Shown here: one piece after another, positions 13,701 through 26,299 of the stretch
Layout of the letters: each line of letters starts with the position of its first letter
How positions within the stretch are numbered: position 1 is the stretch's first letter
NCBI GenBank assembly: GCA_013265495.1
Contig: MU058065.1
Location: 9,651,720-9,715,719, forward strand
Origin: Vicugna vicugna
Lineage: Eukaryota
Length of the DNA stretch: 64,000 bases
Direction of reading: 5' to 3'
Position numbers and translations under genes: made by a program
Notes under the pieces: model-generated
The model's database searches: none
Seen by the model: the letters and a program-made list of their open reading frames with translations, nothing else
What the model was told of the DNA's origin: nothing

Positions 13701-14459
13701 TCAAACTCAGGTTACTTAAAAACCTTTCAGCCAATCTACCACTTCTATGTGATTCAATAGGCAGCTTCAGTGCTCTTATTTCACTCTTGCTGGTGAAGTC
13801 TAGCATGCAGTGTTAGCTTTCAGAAACAAAAGCTGGGCTAAGCCATTATCTCCAAATTATTGCAGTTGATGAAAACTTTTGAGGAGCTTCCAACGCAGGA
13901 GCCATTCATATAAAAGATAAGGAGCTCCAAAGAGAGGATCAGGGTTAGCGAACACAGTGGCTCCTGTCAGATTTGTCAGGTAAAGGATAGAAGTGTCAGT
14001 TATGCCTCAGAGAATCTGCTTAATGATTTGGAGGTGTCTTCAGTATGACACGTTCATGCAACTAGATTCAGTTGTTGGTTTAAAGGATTTGCCTAGTTGA
14101 AGATTGTGATGATGAGGAGGAATATGCTGTCTGCCTTTGGAGCATCCTTTTTTTTTTTAATTTGAAAAGTTTGTATGAAATCAGTAAAATGTTCTTCACA
14201 ATACATTTTTTTTTCTACTGAGGAAATATTTTGGCTGCTGTCTTCAGCCTCATGCTTGTACGAACTGAAAGAAAACATAGCAAATGTATGTCATAGCTTG
14301 TCAAATTGAGAATGGCTTCCCAAACAATAAATATAAAGAAACTTGAAACTTTACCAAGGGTTTCATGTTTGTTCACGAAATGATAAAATGTCAAGAAAGC
14401 ACCTTCTGACAGCTTTTGAAGTTTGTGTGGAATTATTCAGTACCCACAGATGAGCTACT

Positions 14460-14800
14460 ATTTAAAGGAATTGCCACAAATGTCAACAGCCTAGGCATCA
14501 AAACAACAATACCAATCACCTATGGAGTGTCAGAATCCAGTGATGTCAGAAAGAAGGACATATGCAATTTACCACTTACAAGGTGGTTTTAAAAAAAAAA
14601 GGATGGATGTATGAGAAGCATCAGGAAAGACCTCTAAAATGAAATATGCTGTAGCAAAGTAGCAGGCATTATCTAGCAGATAGAAAACAGTACCTATTCG
14701 CAAGTCCTTGGTATTTGCAACCCAAAACAGGGATGAGGCCACTCTTTCTTGCACTGAATACTGAGTAGACTGTGGAGGAGGAATTGGCATAAAACTGGTG
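14460..14800 (+). mobile_element. Possible ancient RTE-clade LINE (MamRTE1-like) 3' relic
   Basis: Decayed text resembling the RTE ORF C-terminus ('...gagaagcatcaggaaagacctctaaaatg...gcaggcattatctagcagatagaaaac'); weak resemblance judged by eye. Confidence 0.3.
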
Positions 14801-15169
14801 AGAATAAATATTCATTAGATGAAAGATGTTTTATTATCAGATAAGCAATAAGAATTAATTCATTTCAGATGATGTTTATTGAACATTTGCTTTGTAAAAT
14901 ATTAAAATAATACAAAAAATTAAGGAACAAACGTACTTTCCAGGAGTCACTGGTAATAACTAAATCATCATTGATTGGGGTGGGGCTACTATCCTTTGGC
15001 AGAATTGGGATAGGATGGCTAAATGTCCTTTGTTTTCTGCTTTTTTCCTCTGCTTATTTCTCCTCTTTCCGTTTCTTCTTTTTCTTGTTCTGCGTCTGCT
15101 CTTGTCTGCTTTCCCAGACCCTTCCTCTCCTGGAGGAATGTAAGAGGCAAAACTAATTCACCCTGTGGA

Positions 15170-15307
15170 AGTGGTTCTCAACTCTGGCTCATGTGAACAT
15201 CATAAGGGTAGGCAAGGTGAGGAGGGTGTTTCCAGAGATTCTGATGTCATTTTTCCTGGGTAGGATCTGGGCATTTGTGGCTTTGATTCAGGCAGAGTTG
15301 AGAATCA
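15170..15307. mobile_element. MER5-like hAT MITE
   Basis: Ends 'gtggttctcaact' and 'agttgagaatca' are inverted repeats; internal 'ccagagattctgat...ctgggtaggatctgggcatttg'. Confidence 0.65.
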
Positions 15308-16270
15308 AGTGGTTTTCAGACTTCCCCCCTCACACACACTTGACATAGTTTTGAAAAATTCTGTTTCACTTTGCACATTTTTAAGTTGACGTCTAAAATG
15401 TTTCAACATATGTTTAAGTAACTTCAATAATGTACTTTTCTACATATTACAAATGTTGATGTTTTTAAAATAAAGCAAATAATTACATAAGTCCAATAAA
15501 ACCGAAGACTAGGGGATTTGACATCTATTGCCATTTAAGAAATAGATGAAGCCCTCTTTTAGCCTGTGGACATTTTGCATTATTCCTTTTCCTCTGTGAA
15601 CTCCTACTTCCATTCGATTTCTCTCACAGAATTTTGGATTTATTGATTATCTCATCATGTTTCCTTGCAACTAGAACATGTTAAATTGAAATTTAACATT
15701 TGAAAAATTTCCCATAAAGCTCCAAGTTAAAATTACTCTCACCCTCAGCTGCATTACCATTAAAAAGTACTATTAACATGGACTTGACCTAACTCTACGA
15801 CAAATTTTGGTAACGATTAAACTTAAAAAGTATAATATTATTGGAAACGAATTTTTAATGTGATGTATGTGGCTTTAAAAATAAGTTAGCTTAGTATTCT
15901 TTAATGTATAATACCTAGTGGTAAATGACACAGGGTTCATTGTTATTGATACAAATACTGACAAACCTTTTTTCACATAGAGACATGTTGGAAAGAACAT
16001 TGTTATCACAATGCCACTCAGTTTTTTTAAATTTCTTCTGAATTGTGTGCAAAAAAAAAAAACTTACTTAGTGATTTTGCCTTAAAAGCATTTAAAAATA
16101 TCAGTTGAAAACTGGATTTGGTTCTTCCTTCCATTTTGTTGGAAACAGAAAAATTACCTAACTTGCAAAAGGATATCTTATCTGTTATCAAACCATTTAC
16201 TTTCTCAACACCACCGAATGGATCTGCTATTGGATATCCCTGCAATGGCACCCCAGGAAATGTACCACTT
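15308..16270 (-). mobile_element. hAT-Charlie DNA transposon relic with decayed transposase C-terminus
   Basis: Begins 'agtggttttcaga'. With frameshifts, minus strand ~16090-15945 reads KSLSKF..IQKKFKK/LSGIVITMFFPT/LCEK/GLSVFVSI, like the hAT dimerisation motif (KSLxEFW...LS..A...LLPFxSTYLCExGFS). Confidence 0.7.
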
Positions 16271-16734
16271 AATATTTGTGAAGGAGGAGAAGTATACTTT
16301 ATTTATTTATTTTAAACAATAATGGTTAGAGAACTATTACAAAAAGAGAAGTGAGAATCCAGAACTAGGTTAATATCTTGATCTTAAGCAAGTGAATTGT
16401 TTTTTAGAAAAGGGAAGAAATGGAAATTGGAGATCTTGGAAAGTATTTTCCTGTGACCGGGTTGTGTATATTTAACATGTTAGTCCTCTCATGAATATAT
16501 TTACTTAATAAGTTAAGATACTTAAGGAAAGTGTGGTTAATTTGAAGACGTTAATTCTTGGCGGTAATAGAGAACTTGGGGATGGGAATGTTCTCCTACC
16601 GGAATCTCTCAGATCCTGTGTCACCTGCAACCGCAAATTCTGCCTATTTCTTTTTGACTTGCTTGGTCAGTATTTTTTAGATTTTCTTGAGTTCAGTTGA
16701 AGTAGATTTACTCCGTCAAAAATATAAAGTATTT

Positions 16735-17032
16735 AATGAAATATAATGGAAACCACATATGTAATTTTAAATTTTCTAGTAGCTGCACAAGAAAGGAAAA
16801 AGGTGAAATTAATTTTAATAATATATTTTATTTTACCCAATATATCACACTGCTATCATTTCAACAGGTTATCAATACGAAAATTATTGATGGTATGTTT
16901 TGCGTTCTTACTTTTGTGCTACGTCTTTGAAATCCAGGGTCTATTTCATACTGCACATTTCAGTTTGCACTAGTCACATGTCATATGCTCAATAGCCACA
17001 TGTTCCTAGTGGCTACCATATGGGCAGCACGG
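16735..17032. mobile_element. MER33-like hAT-Charlie MITE
   Basis: 'ccacatatgtaattttaaattttctagtagc...ggtgaaattaattttaataatatattttatttt...atgctcaatagccacatgttcctagtggctaccatatgggcagcac'. Confidence 0.85.
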
Positions 17033-17630
17033 CTATAGATAGTTGGAAAGTAAATTTTGTGCATTCTCTAGTACTGTTTTGCAGATGTAGAGCCAGTTCT
17101 TCAAACGTAGGAAGAAATGCAAACCCGCTAATTTGCATTTTGCTAAATGACATTCTTTACCCCATCTCACACTCCCTATGAAATCTGGCATTTTACTGAA
17201 GTTCTAATTAGCTACTGATTTTTGCAGTGTGTATCACTTCTTGGCAAATGTTCATGGTATAGTACTTATCACACTCCTAAATTACATTTGAAGTAGAATA
17301 ATCAAGTCTATTTTTCATTAGAACACTGATTTCCTCCAGCTTTTTATTGGTTGCATTGGTTCCCTCTAAACGGCAAATATCAATAATTTTAGATGCTTCT
17401 CAAGCAATAGGCTCAGTCTGAATTGAGATCTACTACTATGGGGTTTGGAGCTGCCTTGTTCCTACTCTTCGTCCTCCTTTCCCCCCCAACTTCCACTCCT
17501 CACCTCTGCTCTCCTCTCCTCCCTTTCTGTCATCAGAAGCTCAATTTTAATACAAGCCCCCAGGTGCCCAGTTACAATCGATAAATAATGGTTGGTAAGT
17601 GATCTGACTTTCCTTTGCCAGTGATTGGGG

Positions 17631-17819
17631 CAGTGGCTCTTAAAACTTAATGTGACTCAGAATCACGTGGAGAACTTGTTACAACCTAGAATTCTGGGTC
17701 CTAACTCTGGAGTTTCTGACTCCATAGGTCTGGGGTGGGGCCTGAGAATTTGTATTTTTAAGAAGTTCCCAGGTACTGCTGCCCCTGCTGGTCTGAGGAC
17801 CACATTTTAAGAAGTGCTG
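17631..17819. mobile_element. MER5A hAT MITE
   Basis: 'cagtggctcttaaaact...cagaatcacgtggag...tttctgactccataggtctggggtggggcctgagaatttgtatttttaagaagttcccagg...gaccacattttaagaagtgctg'. Confidence 0.9.
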
Positions 17820-17829
17820 GTATAGGGTA

Positions 17830-18195
17830 TAGGCATGTGATCCATTTTGGTCAATAAGCTGTAAGGACAACTGGGAAAATTTATTCTTCCTAAGAAGAAA
17901 CCATCCAGGAAAAAACAGCATTATTCTTTTTCTCTCTCTAACTCCATCTTCTTGCTTCCTGCTTTGGATGCCGTCACGCAAGATCAAAGTTGTTGGAGCT
18001 GCTGTCGTCATCCTGTAACAATAAAAGGGAACCAGGAGAATTTCAGAGATGCCTTTCATATTCTGACATTACAAATCTCCTGAAATACCTACTTCCATGG
18101 TCTTGTGTGTGAAATAATTTTAAAAGTCTTTATTTTCTAGCTACAATCTGTCTTATTTTCCATTGTTTGAAGCCAAAGAGGTTCACTGCAGATAG
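17830..18195 (+). mobile_element. Old MaLR LTR (MLT1J/K-like), 3' part
   Basis: 'ggcatgtgatccattttggtcaataag', 'ttggagctgctgtcgtcatcctgtaac', 'cctacttccatggtcttgtgtgtgaaataa', 'tgtttgaagccaaagag'. Confidence 0.6.
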
Positions 18196-18339
18196 AGTGA
18201 CTATTCCTCTAAACCACCATGCCATCAATCGCATTATTGGAAAGGTAATATAGATGCAAAATGATATCATCATAGAATTGTGGCACTAAATCCATGCCTT
18301 TTCTTAAAATGACACCAAGTCTTTTTTTTTTTTTTTTTT

Positions 18340-18755
18340 GGATAAACATACCATCTCTGGGTGTGGTGTTTCAGAGTTAAGAAGTTAGAGGAAGCTATGT
18401 AGACTGAGTGTTCTCTATGCATAGGTTGGATTTCAAGAAGCTGGAATACAGTATCTAGAGTGCTGTTCCATGGATAAAGTGTGGGAGGTATCCTGATCAG
18501 ATTAGGTAGGAAGATGAGAGAGAATGTGTGTGATGTCTAGGACTTTCTGGTGAGAAGGGAAGAAGACATTCTGGGTACTTTCAGATAAAAGAACTGGTAC
18601 AAATGGATTGAATTTATAAAAAGGCACATTTTAGCTCTCTATAAGCAGACAAATTTTCCAACACCAAGAGTATGTGTATAAAGAAACTTTCACTGTGAAG
18701 TGGTAAGGTCTGCATTATTTAACTGTTCATTGAGAGGCTTAGAAACCACTTGCAG
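18340..18755 (+). mobile_element. CR1/L3 LINE relic
   Basis: 'aaatggattgaatttataaaaaggcacattttagctctctataagcagacaaattttccaac...ctgtgaagtggtaagg...ctgttcattgagaggcttagaaaccacttg' resembles the L3 3' region. Confidence 0.55.
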
Positions 18756-18816
18756 TCCTGTGGTTTATTTTTCAGCAAAAAGCATCACAACAAACTGAAA
18801 ATTTCCCATAATATAC

Positions 18817-18899
18817 ATTAGGTTTGATCAGACAAAACTGCTGGTATTTAATCATTTTTTGACATATAAAAATGGCAATTTTGTATGATTCTATTTGAT
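18817..18899. mobile_element. MADE2-like mariner-derived MITE
   Basis: ~80 bp imperfect palindrome 'attaggtttgatcagacaaaactgc...catttttgac...aaaaatggcaattttgtatgattctatttgat'. Confidence 0.65.
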
Positions 18900-19689
18900 G
18901 GAAATAGAGTAATGTCCTGGAGTAGAAAGTGAAGTCTGTTTTAAGTCACTGATTGGAAGGGCAACATTTAAACCTTCATCTTCATGTAGGTAGTTTGGCT
19001 TTTGTTAACCACAATGTTGGATTCAGTTCCTGGAACCTGCTAAGATTTCATTAAAAGAGTTACTGACCTAAGAATGAACTCTAGCTCTAACTAGCTCAGA
19101 GGTTTTGTTTTTGTGTTTTGTGGGGCTAAGAAAGGTGGCACCAGCTTTAGAAAGTAGAGATGTATCTCGAGAATATCGCCGACTTTTTCAGGAAGCTACT
19201 TCATTTTGAATCTGTGTCACTTCATTTGGGAAATTGGCTTAATAAATTTATAATCAGAGAAGTAGAAGTATTAGCTCTATATTTACTTTTTCAGAATCTA
19301 AAGGATCTTCTGAGTTTTACTATTTTGAGATATTACTCTGTTTTATTCATAATGTTTATAAGTTTCTACATTATCATTATTATATAACCTTCTTGATCTC
19401 TGGCTTTCTGGAATTTGAAGTTCGGATGTTTTCAGGTTGGTTCTTAGTTTATTGTTAGTTGTCTTTAGTTGACTTTTTAAAGCTCTCCCTATACAGACAC
19501 AGCTCTGTTCCTTTTTCTTCCGCCCTTGCCAGGGCTCCTCCCACTCTCTTCAGATCTCAACTTCTTCTAAGAAGTGGTCCATGACTTCTTCCAAACTAGC
19601 TTGGGCTTACCTGCAGTAATCTCTCAGAGCAATGTGTACTTCCCATATCACGGTGCTTCCCTACAAGCTGTTGTTTATTTTTAATTTTA

Positions 19690-19928
19690 TAAATAGTCAT
19701 ACAGCACTTTTTATGCACAGGACACTGTTTTAAGCGATATTGACTTACTCAATCTTCACAACAAAACTTTGATGTAGTGCTATTACTGTCCCCAACTTAT
19801 GGATGAGATGCATGAGGCACAGTGAGGTTACGTTGTCCAAGGCCATGGCTAATCAATGACGGAGCAGGATTTGAATCAGATGGTCTGGCTCTTGCATCCA
19901 TCCTCTTTACCACCAGGCTATGCTGCCT
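19690..19928 (-). mobile_element. MIR SINE (nested in a plus-strand L2 spanning ~19500-20150)
   Basis: 'actcaatcttcacaacaaaac...tattactgtccccaacttatggatgag...gaggcacagtgaggttacgttgtccaaggcca...ggagcaggatttgaatcagatggtctggctc'. Confidence 0.85.
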
Positions 19929-20699
19929 TTCATTTTATCATCATTCTTTGTTTAATAGTAATATCATAGCAGTCTCCCTTCACCCCCCGCCCCAGTCATG
20001 TCTTTGTTAACCATTGTGTGCTCCCACAAATGGTAAGCTTTTCAGAAGGACAATGACAACGTCTGTTTTGTTTCCTATTGAATTCTAGTACCTCCTAAGA
20101 TAGCGCTTAACACATAATTGGTATTCAGTGCATGTTTATTGGATACATGGACACGTGTATGTTCATTGTAAATGAAATAACAGCAACATCTCTTAGGTGC
20201 AATCCAAATGTGATCCACTTATACTGGAGGAAAAGGGAACTTATCCTGACATGTGGTATTCTGAAAATTTCAACTGTCTAAAAAAGATGAAAGCTGAAGG
20301 GGATTTCAGGGCTGGTATCAGACAGTTCAATTTGAAGCAGAGCTGCTGCTATTTAACCCTTCCCTACTCCCAGCCACAGGAGAAGGCAGACATTTATGAA
20401 AGCTTGCAGGCTGGAAGGAAATTCTAATTCCTCGGAATGCACTGAAGAAGGAGGTAGAGCTGTAGATTCTGACTACCTTACTGTAAGACCTGATAACCCT
20501 GAAAAAATAGAAAAAACACATAAAAGAGGCCACGAGCCAGATTAGAGGGCCAAGTTGGAGCTGTGTTATCACAGGTCCTCAAGAAATCAGCAGGGCCAGA
20601 AATAAGGCAGGCTGCAGGCAATTACAGATTGTCATTACAGTTAAAAATATGACCCACAGCACTGTTGCAGTATTGCTTTAGGCAACTAAACCTCCACGC

Positions 20700-21640
20700 T
20701 GTCGGTTGTGACAGGAAGCATGGGAAAGGACGATCAGAATTCTATAGTATTTCTGCATTTTGTTACAGAAGTAAAAATCCGTACATTGTTAGACAACAGC
20801 ACAGGTAAGCCCGGGCTGATTTTCATGACAGAGAGAGTAGAAAGGTAGAGAAGAGGTACTCGATGTACTTAAAGAAGAGCATTCAAATGGCTTCTTCATA
20901 ATTGCTTAGGTCTGCGTGGCCACATAATCAGTAACAAGGACGACCTTTCCCACTGGTCAGAAACTATCTTCAGCAGTTTTCAAAGCCAAAAATTGAGGAC
21001 AGTAGACAATATAGGCACTGCATCTGATGAATTAAAAAAACGCATGAGGATTATGGCCAAGTAAAACATTTCATGTAGGTGTTTAATGTGCTAAAAAAAA
21101 TTCACAACAACGAGAAGACTTAGATTAAAGAAGATTCAATTCTGAGTAAGGGCACAAGGATAAGTGAATGTTAAGATGAACATCTCAGTATAGATCCATT
21201 CCTTGTATGACAATTGAACCCTTACTTCACAGTGTGGTAGAGCATAATTTAGCTTAAGAGGGGATAAATGTGTTAGGTAGGAATGATTTGATAAAGAAGG
21301 AAGGAGTTTTAATGTCAAGGACAAAGCAATTTGCAATTCGGTTTTTAATCTACAGGCAGTAGGTAGTATCAAGTCATCAAATAGTCCAAAGAATAGGCCG
21401 CTAATTGAAACAGAATGTGGACACATTAATGAAATTGATTAGAAGTCACAAAGCAGCTGGATTTGTCTGAATTTCAGCAGATGGAATAGCTCTGATTGAT
21501 GAAATGACAAGGCTCAGAAACAAAACTGAAATTGAAATGTACAGCCAGATAGTCCTGGCACTGAGAATGTACAACTGCATAAAATTTGAGGAACAAGCCA
21601 AAAAGGGATCTTGAAAATGCTCCTGAACGGCATTAGAGAA
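20700..21640 (+). mobile_element. Possible ancient RTE-clade LINE relic (RT domain to C-terminus)
   Basis: 20990-21064 reads KLRTVDNIGTASDELKKRMRIMAK*, like RTE 'LxxVxxFxYLGS...DEIxxRIxxA'; downstream pieces loosely follow RTE motif order; judged by eye only. Confidence 0.35.
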
Positions 21641-21842
21641 TACGGTTGTTTGTCACTTGGCTCGAACCTGCTACTTCTGGTGACTGCTAGGAGTCTGAGA
21701 GTTGGTATGGTGAAACACTTGATGCTATTGCTTGGGTTTAGATGGTGATATCACAGGGAACAGGATTGCTGTAGAATGACCGTCTCTTCACTCTAATTGT
21801 ATAACTACTGCTCCATGGGCTTTGTCACATTACACAAATGCC

Positions 21843-22107
21843 GCATTTTCCCAGCTACGTACCTTGAAGCACTAAGGACCCCATGAGGTGTTAATAGACG
21901 TTCAGTGGGAAGGATGCTAGGTCAGATGAGTCTGGAGAAGGCTGTGCACTCTAGAGAGTCGCAACACACATCAGCATAGCAAATGCAAAGTCCTATATTA
22001 GAGAGAGTTTGCTGGGCTTCCATAACCACTGAAGTGAACTTTTAAGAAACACCTATCCTATCTCAGAGGGACAATTGCTCTTTGGAGCAAAGCTTGGAAA
22101 ATGTTGG
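21843..22107. mobile_element. MER102-like hAT-Charlie MITE
   Basis: 'gcattttccca...gaggtgttaatagacgtt...ctctagagagtcgcaacacacatcagcata...gcaaagcttggaaaatgttg', with inverted ends. Confidence 0.6.
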
Positions 22108-25100
22108 TGTCCCCAGAGCATTCATGTACCTGGGCCCTTCTGAATATCTACTTCCTGCACTCTGGGAGAATGAGGTAACTCCTGAAAAGAGTCCAGCTCA
22201 TCGTGAAATGTTTGCCTAATAGTTGACACTCCATATGTATTTGAAAAGATGCTGCCTTACTTTTCCTGCTTGTATCTGCGTGGATTATAGACTCTGTTCC
22301 TATAGTTGATCATAGGCAGGCTGCAATTCTGTTATGCTGAGACTATTTGTCTGGTGTATCTTTTGATTTAAGGTGGCAATTCTGGGTAAGAAAAGCAAAC
22401 CTAGTTGTCAGTGATATCAAATTCTGTGGAACACAAGAGCATCTCCTTGGGTTTTATTTAAAATAAATCGAGACATCTGATAGAGCAAACGTTTCTTCTT
22501 TCATTGCCTTAATTGTGTATTTTTTTAGTTAAGGCATTTGTTTAAAGGCTGCTTTAAATATTTCTTAAGTTCATAGAATAGACCCAATTTCAAATTATCT
22601 TAATTTAAAAAGTAACAATGTATATGCCACAATGTGTAAAAATGTATGACTTTTTTAACATCCAAAAATCAACTAATGTAAAAAAAATATTAATAGACTA
22701 ACAGAGAAAAACCTCGTGAAAAGGGGAACGATCAGGAATTGAGGAAGAAGACAACCAGTTGTTTTCACCAATTTTATGCTACAAAGGGGAAGAAAACCCC
22801 ATACAAATGGAATAGAACATTTCTCACTAAAATTAAACCAAATGAATCAGGCACACATAGTATAACTTCAAGTTATTTATATCGCCTCAAGTTTCTATGA
22901 TCCATTTACACAGACAAACCCTGAGAGCCATGTTTTTGTGGAATATTTAGCTAAGGGCACAACTTTCACAGCTCGTGGGCATTTGGCCCATGACTGTTTG
23001 CAGACGTGTGGATATAGTTCCACAGAAGAGTGCACTGTCTGCGTCCCTGGGGATCTCTGTTTTCTGTCTGCTTCAGCCGAATTGCAGCGTATCTTCTCTT
23101 TCTTAGCAAACTCACTCACTGCTCCAGTTTCAGACGTTTCATCTACAAGTGAATGTTATATTTTTGAAATGATTCTTTCTGCTGTCCTGGTTTTCCCAAG
23201 GCTTTAATCTCAGCATTTAAAATGGAGATTGAGATAGAAGCAATCAGAAATATACTGTCAAGAAAGAATATCTCCTGAATGAGATTCAGTTAGTGAAATA
23301 TTTTCTTTTGGTTTCAGTTTTCTTACAAAAAGGAGAGGGTTCTTCCTATAATTCCTATAATTAGTGTGGATTCTTTTTTTCAAATGTGACTGGATATGAC
23401 ATATAGAATGTCAGCTGTATTCGTCTTTGGTGGTTTTATGTATTGAAGATGTTTACTGCAGAACCAGGAAGAGCATCCCATCTTAAGAGGGCTCAGATGG
23501 ACCACTTCCTGGATAGCCATCTAGAGAAGATAACAGCACTGAAATTTTAGGTTCTGGTACTGCTGACTTGCTTAAATTTGTGCTCACTTAAACTCTGCCT
23601 TTTGGGCGGAACAGGAACAAGCATGGTTTGAACTGTTTGTTAGTTTGTCTCATGCTTCTTTTTCCTGCAAAGAGCAAGAAAATAAGGGAGAAGGGGGTAG
23701 GAAAAGGCAGATATTTTGCTATTAAAAAACTTATCTACATGCATTTCCAATATTTAAATTTATAAAGCTGAGCTGTGATTTACATGTAAATCAAAGTCCA
23801 GAACATTGCTTGACTTCAAGAAGTGAAGATTGACCTTGGCTAAAATGGCAAGAGAAGTGGGCTCCGGTTAGAAGATAATCTGGGATGGGTGCCATGCTGT
23901 GGTGGGCAAGCCCTCACCAGGCTTTCCCGTGGCTCTAGAGCTGTAGCATATCACTGGTTACTGCTTTCAGGGACTGTGGGATATTCACCAGGGCCCAGTA
24001 AGCATGACTTTAGGTAGTGCTTCCAAGGACTGGGAGATGCCCATTGCAGTGCTGGGAATTGAGGAGTTGACTCTTGGGAGGTGGTCATTGTTTCCATTTG
24101 TCTTGAGAAACCACATATTCTGGATGGCTTGTATAAATAAGAAAATGTTATAAAGATCTCAGTAGTATATATCTTTACAAATAAAGATTTCCAAAACCCA
24201 GAACTGAGTAACTTAAAAGTTGTGGGGCATGGCAGGACAGACTCAGTATCTGGTGTCCTGAGACTACCTAAGCAGAGACATTTCTCTTGGAAAGTGACAA
24301 GCTGTCACTAGAAAGTGAACTGTTCTCCTTTATTGGTTTCTAAGAGTTTGGCCTTTTAGAGAGTTTCTATATCTAACTGAACTTTTGGTGACATATTTTA
24401 TTCTCCCATCAACTTTTCACAGGATGAAATATTATCTTAAGTAGGTCAGCTGGCCTTTCCATGAATGAACTCTTCCCTGCTGGATACTTCTACCTTAGAG
24501 AATGATTGGAATCGAGGAACCTGATTCTGGACCGCTGTGGAATGATGAAGAATCCTTGTGTATGCCATTGTCACATGCTGGGTATGGGCTTGGTGAAAAT
24601 AGTGGTTGTGTCCCAAGTGACAGCTCGAGGCAAGATGAAGCAGAATAGCATTTAGGGAATACTTTGGAAGGACTTTGTTTCACTCCATTTCTCTACGAGT
24701 CTTCCTCACTTTCTTTAGTCACAGAAGCTATACATTTTCAGATTTAGGAATTCTTACATCAGCTTCCCTGATGAACACTCATTGCCTCTTGGAAGATTCC
24801 TTCCTTCTTGCATGATGACTGAGTCAAGAAGTATTAGTAAAGCATGTGCCAAGGGCTCCTCCCCCATTCTCATCTCTCTTGCCTTTTCTTCTTTCATTAC
24901 TCACATTAAATTCTTTTCAGAATGTAATTCTTTAAAGAATTAGAATTCTTTTTGGAATCATAACAATGAGAGTAGGAAACATCATTGCTTGGTATACGTT
25001 TATCAAAAGGAATTGACAAGAGTGGAGACAGATTGTAGAGAAAGGTGAAGGAAGTAGAGAATTGTAGGCATCTAGCTGCAATCCAGAAGAAAGGCAGGGT

Positions 25101-25228
25101 AACAGACCATGTAGCATAGTTTAGGAGGTGAGCCATAGTAGGGGAGAAAATGAGCTTAGTTTTGGACATGCTGTACACAGAGCCTGAAGCTAGAGGCTCA
25201 TTCAGTTTCATGAAGCAAATTGAGGAAG

Positions 25229-25680
25229 ATTATTTGTTTCCTGTAACTACTATAAAATGTATCCTAAGTTTTGAAGCTTGAAACAGCACAAGTTTATTCT
25301 CTTATCACTCTAGAGGTCAGAAGTCTGAAATGGATCTTGCTGGGCTAAAATCTAGGTACTAGCAGGGCTGTATTCCTTCTGGAGCCATTAGAGGGATAGT
25401 CTGTTTCTTTGCCTTTTCCAGCTTCTGTTTGCCACCTGCATCCCATTGTTTGTGAACCCTTTCTCCATATTCAAAGCAGGAAGTGTAGCATCTTCAAATA
25501 TTTCTCTGATTATCATTACTCTCCTATCTCCCTCTTTCACTTAGAAGAACCCTTGCAATTGCATTGGGTCCATCCACAAAATCCACATACCTGGAAAGTC
25601 CCTTTGGCCATGTAAAGGAATCAGATTCCAATGATTAGGACACGGGCCTCTTTAGCAGGGGCATTATTCTGCCCATCACA
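25229..25680 (-). mobile_element. MaLR solo LTR (MLT1C/D-like)
   Basis: 'ctagaggtcagaagtctgaaatggatcttgctgggctaaaatc...gccttttccagcttct...gattaggacacgggcctctttagcaggggcattattctgcccatcaca'; possible 5-bp TSD ggaag/ggagg. Confidence 0.85.
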
Positions 25681-26299
25681 GGAGGCATCTGTCTAGAGGT
25701 AGTAATTAGATTTACCCTTTTATATATCCAAGGGAGTGTGGGTGGAGAGAGAATGGGAGAGATGAGGAATAAGACTTTCTCCTATTAGTTTTCTGTCATC
25801 TTTTCTTATCCCCTTTCCCCTTTCTCTTCTCAGTATCAGGGTATCAAAGGGAAGTTCTCTTCCCCTGCTTTGTTCTCCTCCCCACTCTTTTAACTACTCT
25901 CAGGGGTCTTCTCAAACAAGGCTTTAACCAGGGTGGCATTTCTCCTGGAAAAGAGAGTGATTGTACTTCCTTGTTTGTTCTCACCTGTAGCCTTGCAAAG
26001 CATTGGAATTTTTTAAAAATCAAAAGGAGAGCTTATTTTCATTTGTTTAGTCTTAGTAGTGTTTAGTCATATCTACTTAGAGTGAATTTATAAAATAGCA
26101 TTGTAGTTGGACTACTGCTAAGTAAGCCACATGCAGTTCATCCTTTCCCTCCATTTAAATAATGAGGAAATAATTGTATTTTCAATATAAGGACTAAACT
26201 GCTGTGCTATTGACAGCATCTTAATTGATTTGAAATATGAGAAAGCTCATGCCCTTCTCTGATATAATTGGCTTAGACCCTTGGGTTCTCTACCTGGAT

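Noticed and set aside
17115..17140. Inverted octamer-like pair aaatgcaaa/tttgcattt
   Set aside because: 9-bp AT-rich arms can occur by chance and follow a transposon-like terminus; no further support.
17679..18059. 126-aa minus-strand ORF
   Set aside because: Runs across MER5A and MLT1-like repeats; chance ORF.
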